Positions 30,524 to 41,357 of a stretch of 64,000 nucleotides of DNA are shown piece after piece. Source of the stretch: Anaerolineales bacterium (GTDB taxonomy: Bacteria; Chloroflexota; Anaerolineae; Anaerolineales; UBA4823); NCBI GenBank assembly GCA_027494035.1, contig JAOSJQ010000001.1:3182131-3246130 (forward strand), given 5' to 3'. Position 1 is the stretch's first letter; every line of letters starts with the position of its first letter. The translations under genes were made by a program, and so were the position numbers. The notes beneath the pieces are model-generated. The model saw only the letters and a list, made by a program, of their open reading frames with translations, was not told the DNA's origin and searched no databases.

Positions 30524-33500
30524 TTATTGAAAAGTGATGGGTTCGACGCGGATATTTTCCGCCCCAACGAGAAACCTCACCCGGTCGAGCAGTTCCTGAC
30601 AAATCAGCGTGGTGTAATTGGGAAATTCTAAGAGATGCGTTCGGTTGCGTTCGATGATCTGAATGGCAAACCTGTCGTTTCCTGGATAAGTTAAAACCAG
30701 ACCGTGCAGCCGCCTCAGGCGCAAAACGTCCCGCGTTTTATCGCCGCTGCTGCGCAAGATGATCGTCAGCATTCGGACATCGCCAGTATCATCCGCATTC
30801 TGCGGAGGCGTCATAAAATAGCCCGAAAGGTCAGTCGCCCCGGCGGAGATTTCATTCCCACTTAATTTCCTTTGTGGCGGGATGACGACCGGGGTGGATT
30901 CCCGCACATCGTGCGATTGAATTTCAGATAATGCTGGCGCTTCCATCGTTTTATCTGTATCACCCTGAGAGAATGATGGGCTGTCGAGGTCGGATGAAGC
31001 ATAGTACTGCGGCTCAGCAGTTGTGGGCGTTACCGAATAATCGTTCCAGTCTGGAGGATCTTCAGGCGGTGGCGGCATTCCTGCCCAGATTTCGCCAGTG
31101 TCCTTCTCCGTAGTCTGATATTTCGAATCCAAATCATCTTCGACAACAAACGCCTCATCCACAACCTTGACCACTTTGTCAATAGTTGTTGAGATACGAT
31201 CCGCGATCACTTTTGGATCGCCGCTCGTAGCATCTACTCTTCCATCAATGACGACAATCTGGTCAACTCGAATCTGGTCTGCCGCTTGCGCCCATACGCG
31301 CGGGAAGATCACGACCTCAATCGCGCCCTGCAAGTCTTCCAGTGTTGCGAACGCCATAGCCTTGCCTTTTTTGGTGGTGTGTGTCCGAAACCGAGAGACT
31401 ACCCCGGCAACCCGCACCCGCTCTTCATTTGTAGCTTCTCCGAGTTGAACGGAGGAATGCGTAACAACGTCCTGCAGGTCATTCATCACCGGCGCCAATG
31501 GATGATCGGAGATATACAACCCAATCAGTTCCTTCTCCCAGTTCAGGATTTCACGCCGGCTGATATCGTTTCTGGCGGGAGGCAACATTATGGTTTCTGC
31601 GACCCCGGTCTGGGTGCCAAACAGGCTCATCTGTCCCGCTTCCGCTGCTCGAAAATGGGAGGCGCTGACGGAAAGAATACGATCCACTGAGTCGAGCAAA
31701 GGCGTTCGCGGCCCAAAGGTGTCCAGCGCGCCAACCTTGATGAGGCATTCCAAAGAGCGCCGCCCTACCAGGCGCAGGTCGACTCGGTGCGCAAAATCAT
31801 TGAGATCTGAGAAGGACTCCTCTATTCGGGCGTTAAAGATCGTCTCGACCGCGCCTTGGGCGACATTTTTCACCGCTCCAAGCCCAAATCGGATGACCGA
31901 ACCGCCGCCGTCACAATCTTCTATTGAAAAATCCCACGCGCTCACATTAATATCTGGCGGCTCAACTGGCACGCCAATCCGCCGGGCATCAGCCGTATAA
32001 AGCGCGACTTTGGCGGTATCGTTTTTTGACACGGAGAGCAATGCTGTCATATATTCGACTGGATAATGCAGCTTAAGATAGGCTGTCTGTACGGCAATTA
32101 CTGCATAATCGACTGCGTGGCTCTTGTTAAAACCGTACCGGGCAAATTCCTCCCAATCGGAGAAAATTGCCCTGGCGGTCTCAGGAGAAATCCCATTCCG
32201 CTGCGCTCCATCGATAAATTTCTGGCGATGATTGTCCAGTTTATCGCGCAACTTCTTGGATATCGCCTTGCGCAGGTCGTCCGCTTCAGGGGCGGTGTAT
32301 CCCGCCAGTTTCATCACTGCAAACATGAGCTGTTCCTGATAGACCGGATAACCATACGTTTCTTTGAAGATCTCCTCCAGCATTGGGTGCCGGTATTCGA
32401 TCTCTTCTTCGCCGTGCATGCGTCGAATATAACCAGGGATGAAATCCATAGGGCCGGGACGAAAAAGCGCCACCATCGCAACCACGTGCTTGAGTTCTTT
32501 GGGCTTCATCTCCATCAACCAGCGCCGCATCCCAGAACCTTCGACCTGGAACACGCCCGCCGTTTCGCCTCGTCCCAACAAACCATACGTCTCAGCGTCG
32601 TCCGTTGGAATGGTTTCCAGCGAAAGATCCACGCCATGCCGTTCGCGGATCAAATCGCAGGCTCTCGCCATGATCGTCAGGGTCGCCAAACCCAAGAAAT
32701 CCACCTTGAGCAGCCCCAAGGAATCGAGTACGTTCATCTCGAATTGGGTCACCGTCTTGACGGGGCTCTCGCCAGAGGCGCTGCCAGTTGGGCGGTGAAG
32801 CGGGATATACTCAATGATTGGCTGGTCGGTGATGATCACCCCCGCGGCATGGGTGCCGGCATTTCGAACAACCCCTTCCATCTTAGCCGCGGTATCGATC
32901 AATTCCTTCAAATAATCTTCACTTTCATAGGCTTTTTTAAAATCCTGAACATCCTCGAGCGCCTGAGGGATCGTCACCGGTTTTCCAGGGATATTCGGGA
33001 CCAGTTTGGCAATCCGGTCCACTTCCGATAGCGGGATATCCATTACACGCCCCACATCCCGTAATGCGGCACGCGCTCCCAAAGTGCCAAATGTGATGAT
33101 TTGGGCGACCCGATCGTCTCCATACTTGTGCGCGGTGTATTCAAGCATTTCCACGCGGCGGTCATCCCGAAAATCCAGGTCGATATCCGGCATCGAAATG
33201 CGCCCCGGATTGAGAAACCGCTCGAAAATCAACCCATGCTCGATCGGATCGACCAGCGTGATATCCAGGGTGTAGGCGACGATCGAACCCGCAGCGGAAC
33301 CGCGGGCGTTGTACCAGATCGAGCGTTTTTTGGCATATTGACACAGATCCCACACGATCAAAAAATAGGTGTCAAACCCCATCTGGTGGATGATGCCGAG
33401 TTCGTAATCCAATCGCTGGCGAACCGATTCGTGCGCGGCTCTTGAACCATAACGCCGCTCCAGTCCGTCCAGACAAAGCGAACGCAGGTAGTCTTCCGGC

Positions 33501-34375
33501 GCATAACCTTCAGGGACATTAAAATTAGGCAGACGATATCCCTTGAAGCTCAGGTCCACGTTGCAGCGTTCCGCAATCGCTAACGAATTCGAGATCGCTT
33601 CTGGCACCTCAGCGAACAACCGCGCCATTTCCGCGGGGCTGCGCAGGTAGTAGCTTCCGCCCGACATTCTCATTCGATTCGGATCGCTCAGGGGCGTTCC
33701 AGTCTGAATAGCCAGGAGAATATCTTGCAGCCGCGCATCTTCCGGTTCGATGTAATGCACATCGTTCGTCGCCACAAAACGCGCCTCGTAACGCCGCCCA
33801 AGCTGGACCAGTTGGCGGTTAATCTGATCCAGCTCTGGGATATCATGCTGCTGCAGCTCGAGGTAAAACCGCTCATTTCCGAAAATTCCGTAATACCAAT
33901 CCAATTGCCGGCGGGCGCCCTCGATATTCCCCTCGGCGATCATGCGCGGCACCTCGGCTGACATACAGCCGGACGTGCAAATTAACCCATCTGAGTGAGC
34001 CGCGAGCAGTTCGTGATCCACACGGGGGTAATAATAAAAACCATCCAACTGAGCCGCACTGGCGAGTTTTAGCAAGTTCTGATAACCGGTCTGGTTTTCA
34101 GCTAACAGCAAAAGATGGGTTGACTTTTTATCCATCTGTGGATCGCGCGAATTCATCCGTCGTGCTGCCAGATAAGCTTCGATGCCGATAATGGGCTTTA
34201 TCCCCGCTCGAATTGCCTGGTTGAAAAACTCGATCACGCCAAACATCGTTCCGTGATCCGTCAGCGCCAGCGCGGGCATCTCCATCTCCTTGGCGCGCTG
34301 AACCAGCTTCTTGATGTTGCTGAAACCGTCTAGGAGCGAATATTCAGAGTGAACGTGAAGATGTACGAAAGACAT
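30524..34375 (-). CDS. dnaE: DNA polymerase III subunit alpha
   Basis: PHP HLHVHSEYSLLDG, RGSAAGS, MPDIDLDF, KVDFLGL, YGFNKSH, OB fold. Confidence 0.98.
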   Translation of the reverse strand: MSFVHLHVHSEYSLLDGFSNIKKLVQRAKEMEMPALALTDHGTMFGVIEFFNQAIRAGIKPIIGIEAYLAARRMNSRDPQMDKKSTHLLLLAENQTGYQNLLKLASAAQLDGFYYYPRVDHELLAAHSDGLICTSGCMSAEVPRMIAEGNIEGARRQLDWYYGIFGNERFYLELQQHDIPELDQINRQLVQLGRRYEARFVATNDVHYIEPEDARLQDILLAIQTGTPLSDPNRMRMSGGSYYLRSPAEMARLFAEVPEAISNSLAIAERCNVDLSFKGYRLPNFNVPEGYAPEDYLRSLCLDGLERRYGSRAAHESVRQRLDYELGIIHQMGFDTYFLIVWDLCQYAKKRSIWYNARGSAAGSIVAYTLDITLVDPIEHGLIFERFLNPGRISMPDIDLDFRDDRRVEMLEYTAHKYGDDRVAQIITFGTLGARAALRDVGRVMDIPLSEVDRIAKLVPNIPGKPVTIPQALEDVQDFKKAYESEDYLKELIDTAAKMEGVVRNAGTHAAGVIITDQPIIEYIPLHRPTGSASGESPVKTVTQFEMNVLDSLGLLKVDFLGLATLTIMARACDLIRERHGVDLSLETIPTDDAETYGLLGRGETAGVFQVEGSGMRRWLMEMKPKELKHVVAMVALFRPGPMDFIPGYIRRMHGEEEIEYRHPMLEEIFKETYGYPVYQEQLMFAVMKLAGYTAPEADDLRKAISKKLRDKLDNHRQKFIDGAQRNGISPETARAIFSDWEEFARYGFNKSHAVDYAVIAVQTAYLKLHYPVEYMTALLSVSKNDTAKVALYTADARRIGVPVEPPDINVSAWDFSIEDCDGGGSVIRFGLGAVKNVAQGAVETIFNARIEESFSDLNDFAHRVDLRLVGRRSLECLIKVGALDTFGPRTPLLDSVDRILSVSASHFRAAEAGQMSLFGTQTGVAETIMLPPARNDISRREILNWEKELIGLYISDHPLAPVMNDLQDVVTHSSVQLGEATNEERVRVAGVVSRFRTHTTKKGKAMAFATLEDLQGAIEVVIFPRVWAQAADQIRVDQIVVIDGRVDATSGDPKVIADRISTTIDKVVKVVDEAFVVEDDLDSKYQTTEKDTGEIWAGMPPPPEDPPDWNDYSVTPTTAEPQYYASSDLDSPSFSQGDTDKTMEAPALSEIQSHDVRESTPVVIPPQRKLSGNEISAGATDLSGYFMTPPQNADDTGDVRMLTIILRSSGDKTRDVLRLRRLHGLVLTYPGNDRFAIQIIERNRTHLLEFPNYTTLICQELLDRVRFLVGAENIRVEPITFQ

Positions 34376-34445
34376 CGAGTTTAGAACTTAGAAGTCTACT
34401 ATTAATTCTTGTGGCAGCGATCAGGCTTCGATTGAAGCCAATGAG

Positions 34446-34585
34446 ATTATAGCATGTTAGAAAATTACATTTCTTAAAAAGAGCGGCTGTACGCTTAAAA
34501 TATTCATGGAGGCGGGCTTCATTAAGAACGACTAATTGGCTATTGTCAAATATCGTATGTCCATTTCCCCGCTTCGTGCTATAAT
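34446..34585. promoter_or_regulatory. Divergent extended -10 promoters for dnaE and secA
   Basis: TGcTATAAT on the minus strand (34454-34446) and TGcTATAAT on the plus strand (34577-34585). Confidence 0.55.
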
Positions 34586-34609
34586 CCGCGACCTAGAGGT
34601 ATTTGATTG

Positions 34610-37600
34610 ATGTTAAAAAGATTTATTCGTTTAGTTGGGGGCGACCCTAACAAACATGAAATTGAAAAACTTACCGAAATCGTTCAACAGATTACCCTCC
34701 TTGAACCCGTTTATGAGTCAAAGAGCGACCAGGAACTCCGCGCACAAACGCACGATTTCAAGCGCCTCATCGCAGAACGAACCCGGGGGATTGACGACCC
34801 AGTTGAACTGAAGCAAGCGGAACAGGAAGCTCTGGATGAGATACTGCCAGGTGCGTTTGCCGTCGTGCGCGAAGCCAGCAAGCGCACGATCGGTTTGCGG
34901 CATTATGACGTTCAATTGATCGGTGGAATTATTCTTCACCAAGGGAAAATTGCCGAGATGCGCACCGGTGAGGGGAAAACGCTGGTCGCCACCCTGCCAA
35001 TCTATTTGAGCGCCCTGGTTGGCAAAGGTGTTCATCTGATCACCGTGAACGACTACCTCGCTCGCCGGGATGCCCGCTGGATGGCTCCCATATATTCCAT
35101 GCTTGGTATGAGCGTTGGCGTGCTGCAAATGGCGGCGCGAACCGAAAACGGCAAGAAAGCTTTCCTCGTTGATCTGGAACGGGAATCGCCACACGAAGAT
35201 CAAAACCAACTGGTTATGGTTCCCCGGGCAGAAGCCTACCTCGCAGATATCACCTATGGGACTAACAGCGAATTCGGTTTCGATTATTTACGTGACAATA
35301 TGACGATGAGCCTCGCAGAGCGCGTACAGCGCGGTCATTATTACGCGATCATCGACGAGGTCGATAATGTATTAATTGACGAAGCGCGCACACCGTTGAT
35401 CATTTCTGGGCCCGCCCAGGATGAGGGGGAATGGTACGTGCGCATGGCTCAGGTGGTCAAGGGGTTGAAATCAGAAGATGTTGAGGTTGACGAAAAAGAC
35501 CGTACAGTGACGTTGACCGAGATTGGCGAGGCGCATGTCGAGGAGCTGCTTGGCATCCCATTGCGCGACCCCGAACGCCCCGAGGACGTCACGCCCGAAC
35601 AGGCTCGTCTGATGGGCAACCTGGAACAGGCTCTCCGGGCGCAATTCTTGTACCGCAGAAACAAGGAGTACCTGGTTCAAGCTGGCAAAGTCATTATTGT
35701 CGATGAATTTACTGGGCGGATGATGCCTGGGCGGCGCTGGTCCGATGGTCTTCATCAGGCGGTTGAGGCGAAGGAAGGGGTCAAAGTCGAGAGCGAATCG
35801 GTCACTTATGCCACGATCACCATTCAAAATTACTTCCGCATGTACCAAAAACTAGCTGGGATGAGCGGAACTGCCGTGACCGAGTCCGAAGAGTTCGACA
35901 AGATTTACTCGCTCGGCGTGTTGGAAATCCCCACCAACCTGGAGTTCCAGGCTTTGCTGCCGGATTCAGAACTTGAAGAGCTCGAAGGACGAGATGAGCA
36001 GGGCTACAAATTCCAATATTATTCCCGCAAATCCGATTTGGAACATGTCCCGGTGTTTTGGCGCAGAAAAGATTATCCTGACGTGGTGTACCGGACGGTT
36101 GAATCCAAGCTGCGCGCCATTTGTAAAGAAATCTTGGTGGCAAATACCCTTGGGCGTCCGGTTCTTGTAGGAACAACCTCGGTCGAAAACTCCGAACGAC
36201 TGGCGAACCGCTTGCGGGCTGAACCGCTTCGCCGGCTGGTTCAGGTCATGATCTTGAGAGACGCCTGGATCACACAAAACGATTACCAGGAAGACGGTCG
36301 CCTGATCCCAAAACTGATCTTTCTGAACGCACCGCTTGAAAACCTGGATGTGGCAGAGATGCGCAAGCTCGCCCGCGAGCTTAACGTACCATTTGTGCCC
36401 GACGATCCAGCCAACCTCACGCGGCTGGCTGATATCCTGGAACTTCCAGAAAACGCCATTCAGCGCTTGCACGCCAACCTTCAAGCTGGCATTCCAAACC
36501 AGGTTTTGAACGCGCGCAAGCATACGGAAGAGAGTCAAATCATCGCCGGCGCCGGATCATTTGGCGCGGTGACCATCGCCACCAACATGGCTGGGCGTGG
36601 TGTGGACATCAAGCTGGGCGGCGAACTGGCAGAGGAGAACATTGCCGCTGTAAACCGGATTCTGCATCGAGCCGGCTTTGAAAATGCTTACGATATGACC
36701 GATCAGGAGCGCAAAGCCGTCCTGCTGGCAATGGACCCCGTGGATTTCGGTATTTATGACGCCGAAATCGAGTTTTTCCTCAACCACATGGAGGAAATGG
36801 AGCAGGTGCGCGCCCTGGGCGGCTTGCACGTGATCGGGTCTGAACGCCACGAGGCGCGGCGGATCGACAATCAGTTGCGCGGCCGGTCTGCCAGGCAAGG
36901 CGACCCCGGATCCTCGCGTTTCTTCTTGAGCATGGAAGACGACCTGATGCGCCTTTTTGGAGGTCAGCAAGCTGACGCCATGATGCAGCGCCTGAAAATA
37001 GACGACGCTCTTCCGCTGGAGATGGGGCTGGTGAGCCGGTTAATCGAGCAGTCGCAGACGCGCGTGGAAGGGGCAAACTTCGATGTCCGGAAGCATTTGC
37101 TTGAGTATGACGACGTGCTCAATGCCCAACGCGCGCGCATCTACTCCGAGCGCAACCGGATTTTCACCAAAGCAGACCTGACCGACGATGTAATTGAAAT
37201 GCTGCGCACCGAAGTCCTGCGGCGCGTACCCGAGGCGCTCAAGGATGAAAGCGGTCCATGGAAATTGATTGCCTGGCTGGATCAAATTCAACCGTCGATT
37301 TCGCTCAACGACCAGATTTTTCCCTCATACACCCTCAAGCTCCTGGCTGAAGAAATCCATCACCAGCTTCCCGCTTCGCCCAACGAATTAGACATCAAGA
37401 CTGCCTTGCTCTCGGTTGCGCGTTCGGCTTTACAGGCTGAGGCAGATCACCATCTCCAGGCTTTCAGCGTCTATTTAGACCAGGCGCTGGATCGCATGGA
37501 AACCCAAATCAATGAGCGGCGGGACCTGATAGAGACATTCTTCGAAGGGTTGGAGCTCAATGAAGATGAGGAGCGCAAACCCGCCGAACTTCTAACAGAA

Positions 37601-38761
37601 TTGTCCAGCGCCGCCCGCCTCCCCTTGAAACTGACTGGCGAGCAGCAGAAAATGCTTCGCGAAGACCCAAAATCCCTGGAAGTCGTAGCGCGCGACCAGG
37701 TTGTTTCAAACATCCGAGCTCAAACGATTGAACGGCTGCTGGGCACAATCGAGATGCGCATCGGAGAGCCGCTGGAAATCTCCACTGCTGATTTGGATCC
37801 CGAATACTGGGGGGCGCTTTCACGGGAACTCCTCGAGGCAACTCGAACTACGTTCCAAAAACGAATTGAACGCCTGGTCAGCGAAGGCGGTCAAATTGCT
37901 AAAGATCTAGACAGCCTGCTCGCACGTTTACCCCGCCCTTATTCGGATCACGAAATCTATTGGCTGCTGCTCCAAATGCCCCAGGGCTCGAAAACAACTT
38001 TCGATCGCCGCACCCATCGCAGAACATTCCAACGCACCAACCGCTTGAATTACACCTACTATACAGCCCAATTATTAGAGGATGTCCGCCCAGACCAAAT
38101 CGCGGATGAGGTTCTGGAGCATCTTGAGGAAGCTCAGCAACTGCTCAGCCTCTCGTGGGGGCAGGCTGAATTCAACCGCCTCACGAACGCAACGCTGGCG
38201 GATTTCCAGGAACCGGTCCGCCAGGAATTGGCTGAGCTGATGGAAGTCCCCCAGGATTCGCCGGTTTTCAACCTTACACTCGGCAGCCTTGACGCGGATC
38301 AACGCCAGATCATCACCGAGATTTTCGGGCGCAGGGTAATATCAAATATCTACCGCTCCTTGTTATTAGGCGTGATCACAGAACTCTGGGTAGATTACTT
38401 GACCCAAATGGAGGCTCTGCGCGTCTCGATCGGGTTGGAGGCGTACGCGCAGCGCGATCCCCTCGTGCAATACAAAGGACAGGCTTCGGAGTTGTTCCGC
38501 ACCTTGCAGAGCAGCATCCGAATGGGCGTTATTTCACGCATGTTCACTTATCGCCCGCGCGATCTAACGCGGATCCAAACTGAGACAAGTCAGCTCGAAC
38601 AGCTGGAACCCGAACTCGAAACTGAAATAAGCAGCTCAGACAACCACGCTGAGAGTCAGGCACAGCCTCGATTGGCGCCTGCTGGAAAGTCGGAACTGGA
38701 ACCTCAAGAGCAGAGGCGAACTGACAGCAGCAACAAGAAACGCCGCCGCAGACGAAGATAA
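34610..38761 (+). CDS. secA: Preprotein translocase ATPase SecA (long form)
   Basis: MRTGEGKT, NDYLARRD, IIDEVD, GLHQAVEAKE, IATNMAGRGVDI, RRIDNQLRGRSARQGDPGSS, QRDPLVQYK. Confidence 0.96.
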   Translation: MLKRFIRLVGGDPNKHEIEKLTEIVQQITLLEPVYESKSDQELRAQTHDFKRLIAERTRGIDDPVELKQAEQEALDEILPGAFAVVREASKRTIGLRHYDVQLIGGIILHQGKIAEMRTGEGKTLVATLPIYLSALVGKGVHLITVNDYLARRDARWMAPIYSMLGMSVGVLQMAARTENGKKAFLVDLERESPHEDQNQLVMVPRAEAYLADITYGTNSEFGFDYLRDNMTMSLAERVQRGHYYAIIDEVDNVLIDEARTPLIISGPAQDEGEWYVRMAQVVKGLKSEDVEVDEKDRTVTLTEIGEAHVEELLGIPLRDPERPEDVTPEQARLMGNLEQALRAQFLYRRNKEYLVQAGKVIIVDEFTGRMMPGRRWSDGLHQAVEAKEGVKVESESVTYATITIQNYFRMYQKLAGMSGTAVTESEEFDKIYSLGVLEIPTNLEFQALLPDSELEELEGRDEQGYKFQYYSRKSDLEHVPVFWRRKDYPDVVYRTVESKLRAICKEILVANTLGRPVLVGTTSVENSERLANRLRAEPLRRLVQVMILRDAWITQNDYQEDGRLIPKLIFLNAPLENLDVAEMRKLARELNVPFVPDDPANLTRLADILELPENAIQRLHANLQAGIPNQVLNARKHTEESQIIAGAGSFGAVTIATNMAGRGVDIKLGGELAEENIAAVNRILHRAGFENAYDMTDQERKAVLLAMDPVDFGIYDAEIEFFLNHMEEMEQVRALGGLHVIGSERHEARRIDNQLRGRSARQGDPGSSRFFLSMEDDLMRLFGGQQADAMMQRLKIDDALPLEMGLVSRLIEQSQTRVEGANFDVRKHLLEYDDVLNAQRARIYSERNRIFTKADLTDDVIEMLRTEVLRRVPEALKDESGPWKLIAWLDQIQPSISLNDQIFPSYTLKLLAEEIHHQLPASPNELDIKTALLSVARSALQAEADHHLQAFSVYLDQALDRMETQINERRDLIETFFEGLELNEDEERKPAELLTELSSAARLPLKLTGEQQKMLREDPKSLEVVARDQVVSNIRAQTIERLLGTIEMRIGEPLEISTADLDPEYWGALSRELLEATRTTFQKRIERLVSEGGQIAKDLDSLLARLPRPYSDHEIYWLLLQMPQGSKTTFDRRTHRRTFQRTNRLNYTYYTAQLLEDVRPDQIADEVLEHLEEAQQLLSLSWGQAEFNRLTNATLADFQEPVRQELAELMEVPQDSPVFNLTLGSLDADQRQIITEIFGRRVISNIYRSLLLGVITELWVDYLTQMEALRVSIGLEAYAQRDPLVQYKGQASELFRTLQSSIRMGVISRMFTYRPRDLTRIQTETSQLEQLEPELETEISSSDNHAESQAQPRLAPAGKSELEPQEQRRTDSSNKKRRRRRR

Positions 38762-38771
38762 AAAAACCGAG

Positions 38772-39821
38772 ATGACAACCCAACGCCTATCGTTTTACAA
38801 ATCTCTTCCCAAAATCGACCTGCATCGCCACATGGAAGGATCTGTCCGGATTTCAACCTTGCTTGAAGTCAGGCGTGAACATGGGATGCCGGTCCCCGGC
38901 ACAGGTCAGTTGAACGACCTGGTTCAGATCGGGCAGGACGATCGTTTTACAACTGAAAACTTTCTCTCGAAATTCATGACCTTGCGCCAGTTCTACAAAT
39001 CGCCAGAAATCATCAAGCGAATCACGCGCGAGACCATCATGGATGCCGCCGCGGATAACGTGCGCTACCTCGAATTGCGATTTTCACCGGTTGCACTGAG
39101 CCGGGAAGAAAATTTTCCGCTCCCCGAGGTAATGGATTGGGTGATCGATTCGGCAAACGAAACCCAAAATGAACTCAATATCCTCGTCCAGATGATTGCA
39201 TCCGTGAACCGCCACGAGAGCTTGCAGTTAGCAGAACAGATCGCCCGCCTTGCAGTCGACCGTATCGAGCGAGGGATCGTAGGGCTCGACCTGGCGGGCG
39301 ATGAGGCGCGCTTTTCCGGTCTTGAATTTGCGGGAATTTTTCGCGAGGCGCGCCAATCCGGCTTGCACGTTACGATACACGCCGGCGAATGGGCTGGACC
39401 ACAAAGCGTTCGCAACGCCATTCTTCACTTGCAGGCAGAGCGGATTGGTCACGGGATTCGGGTTTTGGAAGACCCTGAAGTGGCTGAGCTGGCGCGCAGC
39501 AGAGGGATTCCTTTCGAGACCTGTCTCACGAGCAATGTTCAGTCGGGTGTGGTTCAACAAGCATCCGCCCACCCGCTGCCAAAAATGCTCGAGATGGGCA
39601 TAAATGCCACGATCAATACCGACGATCCAAGCATCAGCCAGATCACCTTGAGCGATGAATATAGCTACGCATGTGAAGTGCTGAATATTTCGTGGGCGTC
39701 GCTGCGCGAGCGGATCATAGCAGCCGCCAACGCGGCTTTTCTTCCAGAAGACAAAAAAAAGGCCTTCGTGGAGGCCTTTAGTTCTGAAGTAAATCGTTAT
39801 AATTTGAAGAAAAATCGGTGA
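38772..39821 (+). CDS. add: Adenosine deaminase family protein
   Basis: LPKIDLHRHMEGS, DLAGDE, HAGE, RIGHG, CLTSN, NTDDP. Confidence 0.9.
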   Translation: MTTQRLSFYKSLPKIDLHRHMEGSVRISTLLEVRREHGMPVPGTGQLNDLVQIGQDDRFTTENFLSKFMTLRQFYKSPEIIKRITRETIMDAAADNVRYLELRFSPVALSREENFPLPEVMDWVIDSANETQNELNILVQMIASVNRHESLQLAEQIARLAVDRIERGIVGLDLAGDEARFSGLEFAGIFREARQSGLHVTIHAGEWAGPQSVRNAILHLQAERIGHGIRVLEDPEVAELARSRGIPFETCLTSNVQSGVVQQASAHPLPKMLEMGINATINTDDPSISQITLSDEYSYACEVLNISWASLRERIIAAANAAFLPEDKKKAFVEAFSSEVNRYNLKKNR

Positions 39822-39826
39822 TCGTC

Positions 39827-40507
39827 TTATCCCCTGTTCTCCCATTCAGCAACACAGGACTGGATCAACTCTCGGACGGCATCATCAGGCACGTCGCTCA
39901 CGCCTTCATACGACTTTCCGTCCACCATAACCACCATGCCCCGCCCGGGCAGTTCCATCAAACGAATTCCACGATTGCGCATTTCCGTTTGAGGTAGTTT
40001 TTCCTGCAAAATTTCGTCAATCTGTTCCGCGATCGTTTTCGGGACCTCTTTACCCGATTTTGCCTGCACGGAGGGCGCGCCTGCAGCCTGGCTTATCAGC
40101 GCTTGTTCTGCTAAACCCGCGTAAACCTGCTCGCCGCTTGCAGCAGCTTTTGCCAGCGATAAGTCCCCCACCTGCTGGAGCCGGTCAGACGGCGCAATCG
40201 GCATGCCCAGCCCAAGCCAGAGGCGCAGGTCGTCAACCAACTCCGCCAGTTTGGTCTTTTGGTCTGCGGTAAGCTTGCTGGCGCTTTGATGAATCGAACC
40301 ATCGTATTCGATGATTAGTTTGTGGCTGCGCGGGTCATGCCAGACCTGCATTGCCGCGGGCAGTTTTTGCCCATCCTCATCACTGACAGGCGGGCGCGAG
40401 CCTTTCAGTGCATTGTCAAGTATAGCGCCAACTACCACACCCACTACCAAGCCAATAATTCCGATGAGTAGGACAGGAACAACCATCGAGAGTAGAATGC
40501 TATTCAT
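39827..40507 (-). CDS. Hypothetical single-pass membrane protein
   Basis: N-terminal TM helix; C-terminal IAEQIDEILQ...YEGVSDVPD..VRELI...WE. Confidence 0.7.
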   Translation of the reverse strand: MNSILLSMVVPVLLIGIIGLVVGVVVGAILDNALKGSRPPVSDEDGQKLPAAMQVWHDPRSHKLIIEYDGSIHQSASKLTADQKTKLAELVDDLRLWLGLGMPIAPSDRLQQVGDLSLAKAAASGEQVYAGLAEQALISQAAGAPSVQAKSGKEVPKTIAEQIDEILQEKLPQTEMRNRGIRLMELPGRGMVVMVDGKSYEGVSDVPDDAVRELIQSCVAEWENRG

Positions 40508-40520
40508 AGCCGCCTCCTAA

Positions 40521-41357
40521 TTATATTCTCATTTCCTCAGGAACGACCTGACAAAAAGGACAGTAATATGTACCTCTTTGTCCGACTACGATTTTCACGA
40601 TCGGGGTCCCGCATTCCGGACACGCCTGATCTTTGCGCCCATAAACTCGCAGGTATTTCTGAAAATCACCCCCACGGTACACCCAGTCAATGCTAGTGCC
40701 GTTTCGTTGAATCGCCGCTTGAAGCGTTTCTCGAATTGCGCGCAGCAGCCTGCCGGCGTCTTCCAGCATAATCGAACTGGTGCTGGCGAGGGGGTGCAGC
40801 CTGGCGCGATTTAAAGCTTCATCGGTGTAAATGTTCCCCAGCCCAGCCAGGAAGGCTTGATCCATTAAGGTGGGCTTGAGGCGTCTATTGACAGAATGCA
40901 GCATTTGATAGAACCGGAAATCATCCAGTTTTTCATCAAATGGCTCCGGGCCGAGCGCCCCAAGCACCTTTTGCGGATCGCTAACCAGCCAAACCCTGCC
41001 AAATTTACGTGGATCGATAAATGCCATTCGCCAGCCTGGTTCCAGATTGAACATAACCCGTTCATGCGTTCCATGTGGTTCACCAATTGCTCCAACGGTT
41101 ATGTCGCCGCTCATGCGCAGGTGAACCAAAAGCCAATCTTCCGAGAGCGGCAGCGTCAGGAACTTCCCGCGGCGCTCCACTCCTTTTACAACCTGACCGG
41201 AGATTCGCCGCAAGAATTCATTTGGTTCGGGTTCGGCGAGGCTGCGCGTCCATAGCAGCTCTGCATTGATGATCTTTCTGCCCAAAATTGACGGTTGTTC
41301 TGGCGTACCCAGCCGCAAGCTCTGCCGAATAGTTTCCACCTCGGGCAGTTCAGGCAT
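40521..41357 (-). CDS. mutM: Formamidopyrimidine-DNA glycosylase
   Basis: MPELPEVET, RRGK, HLRMSG, DPRKFG, GLGNIYTDE, CPEC...CPFCQ zinc finger. Confidence 0.97.
   Translation of the reverse strand: MPELPEVETIRQSLRLGTPEQPSILGRKIINAELLWTRSLAEPEPNEFLRRISGQVVKGVERRGKFLTLPLSEDWLLVHLRMSGDITVGAIGEPHGTHERVMFNLEPGWRMAFIDPRKFGRVWLVSDPQKVLGALGPEPFDEKLDDFRFYQMLHSVNRRLKPTLMDQAFLAGLGNIYTDEALNRARLHPLASTSSIMLEDAGRLLRAIRETLQAAIQRNGTSIDWVYRGGDFQKYLRVYGRKDQACPECGTPIVKIVVGQRGTYYCPFCQVVPEEMRI

Noticed and set aside
32066-33031. 321-aa plus-strand ORF and similar long antisense ORFs (9540-10229, 25411-26019, 27090-27722, 59037-59651, 61958-62593)
   Set aside because: Antisense shadows of well-supported genes, with no recognizable motifs
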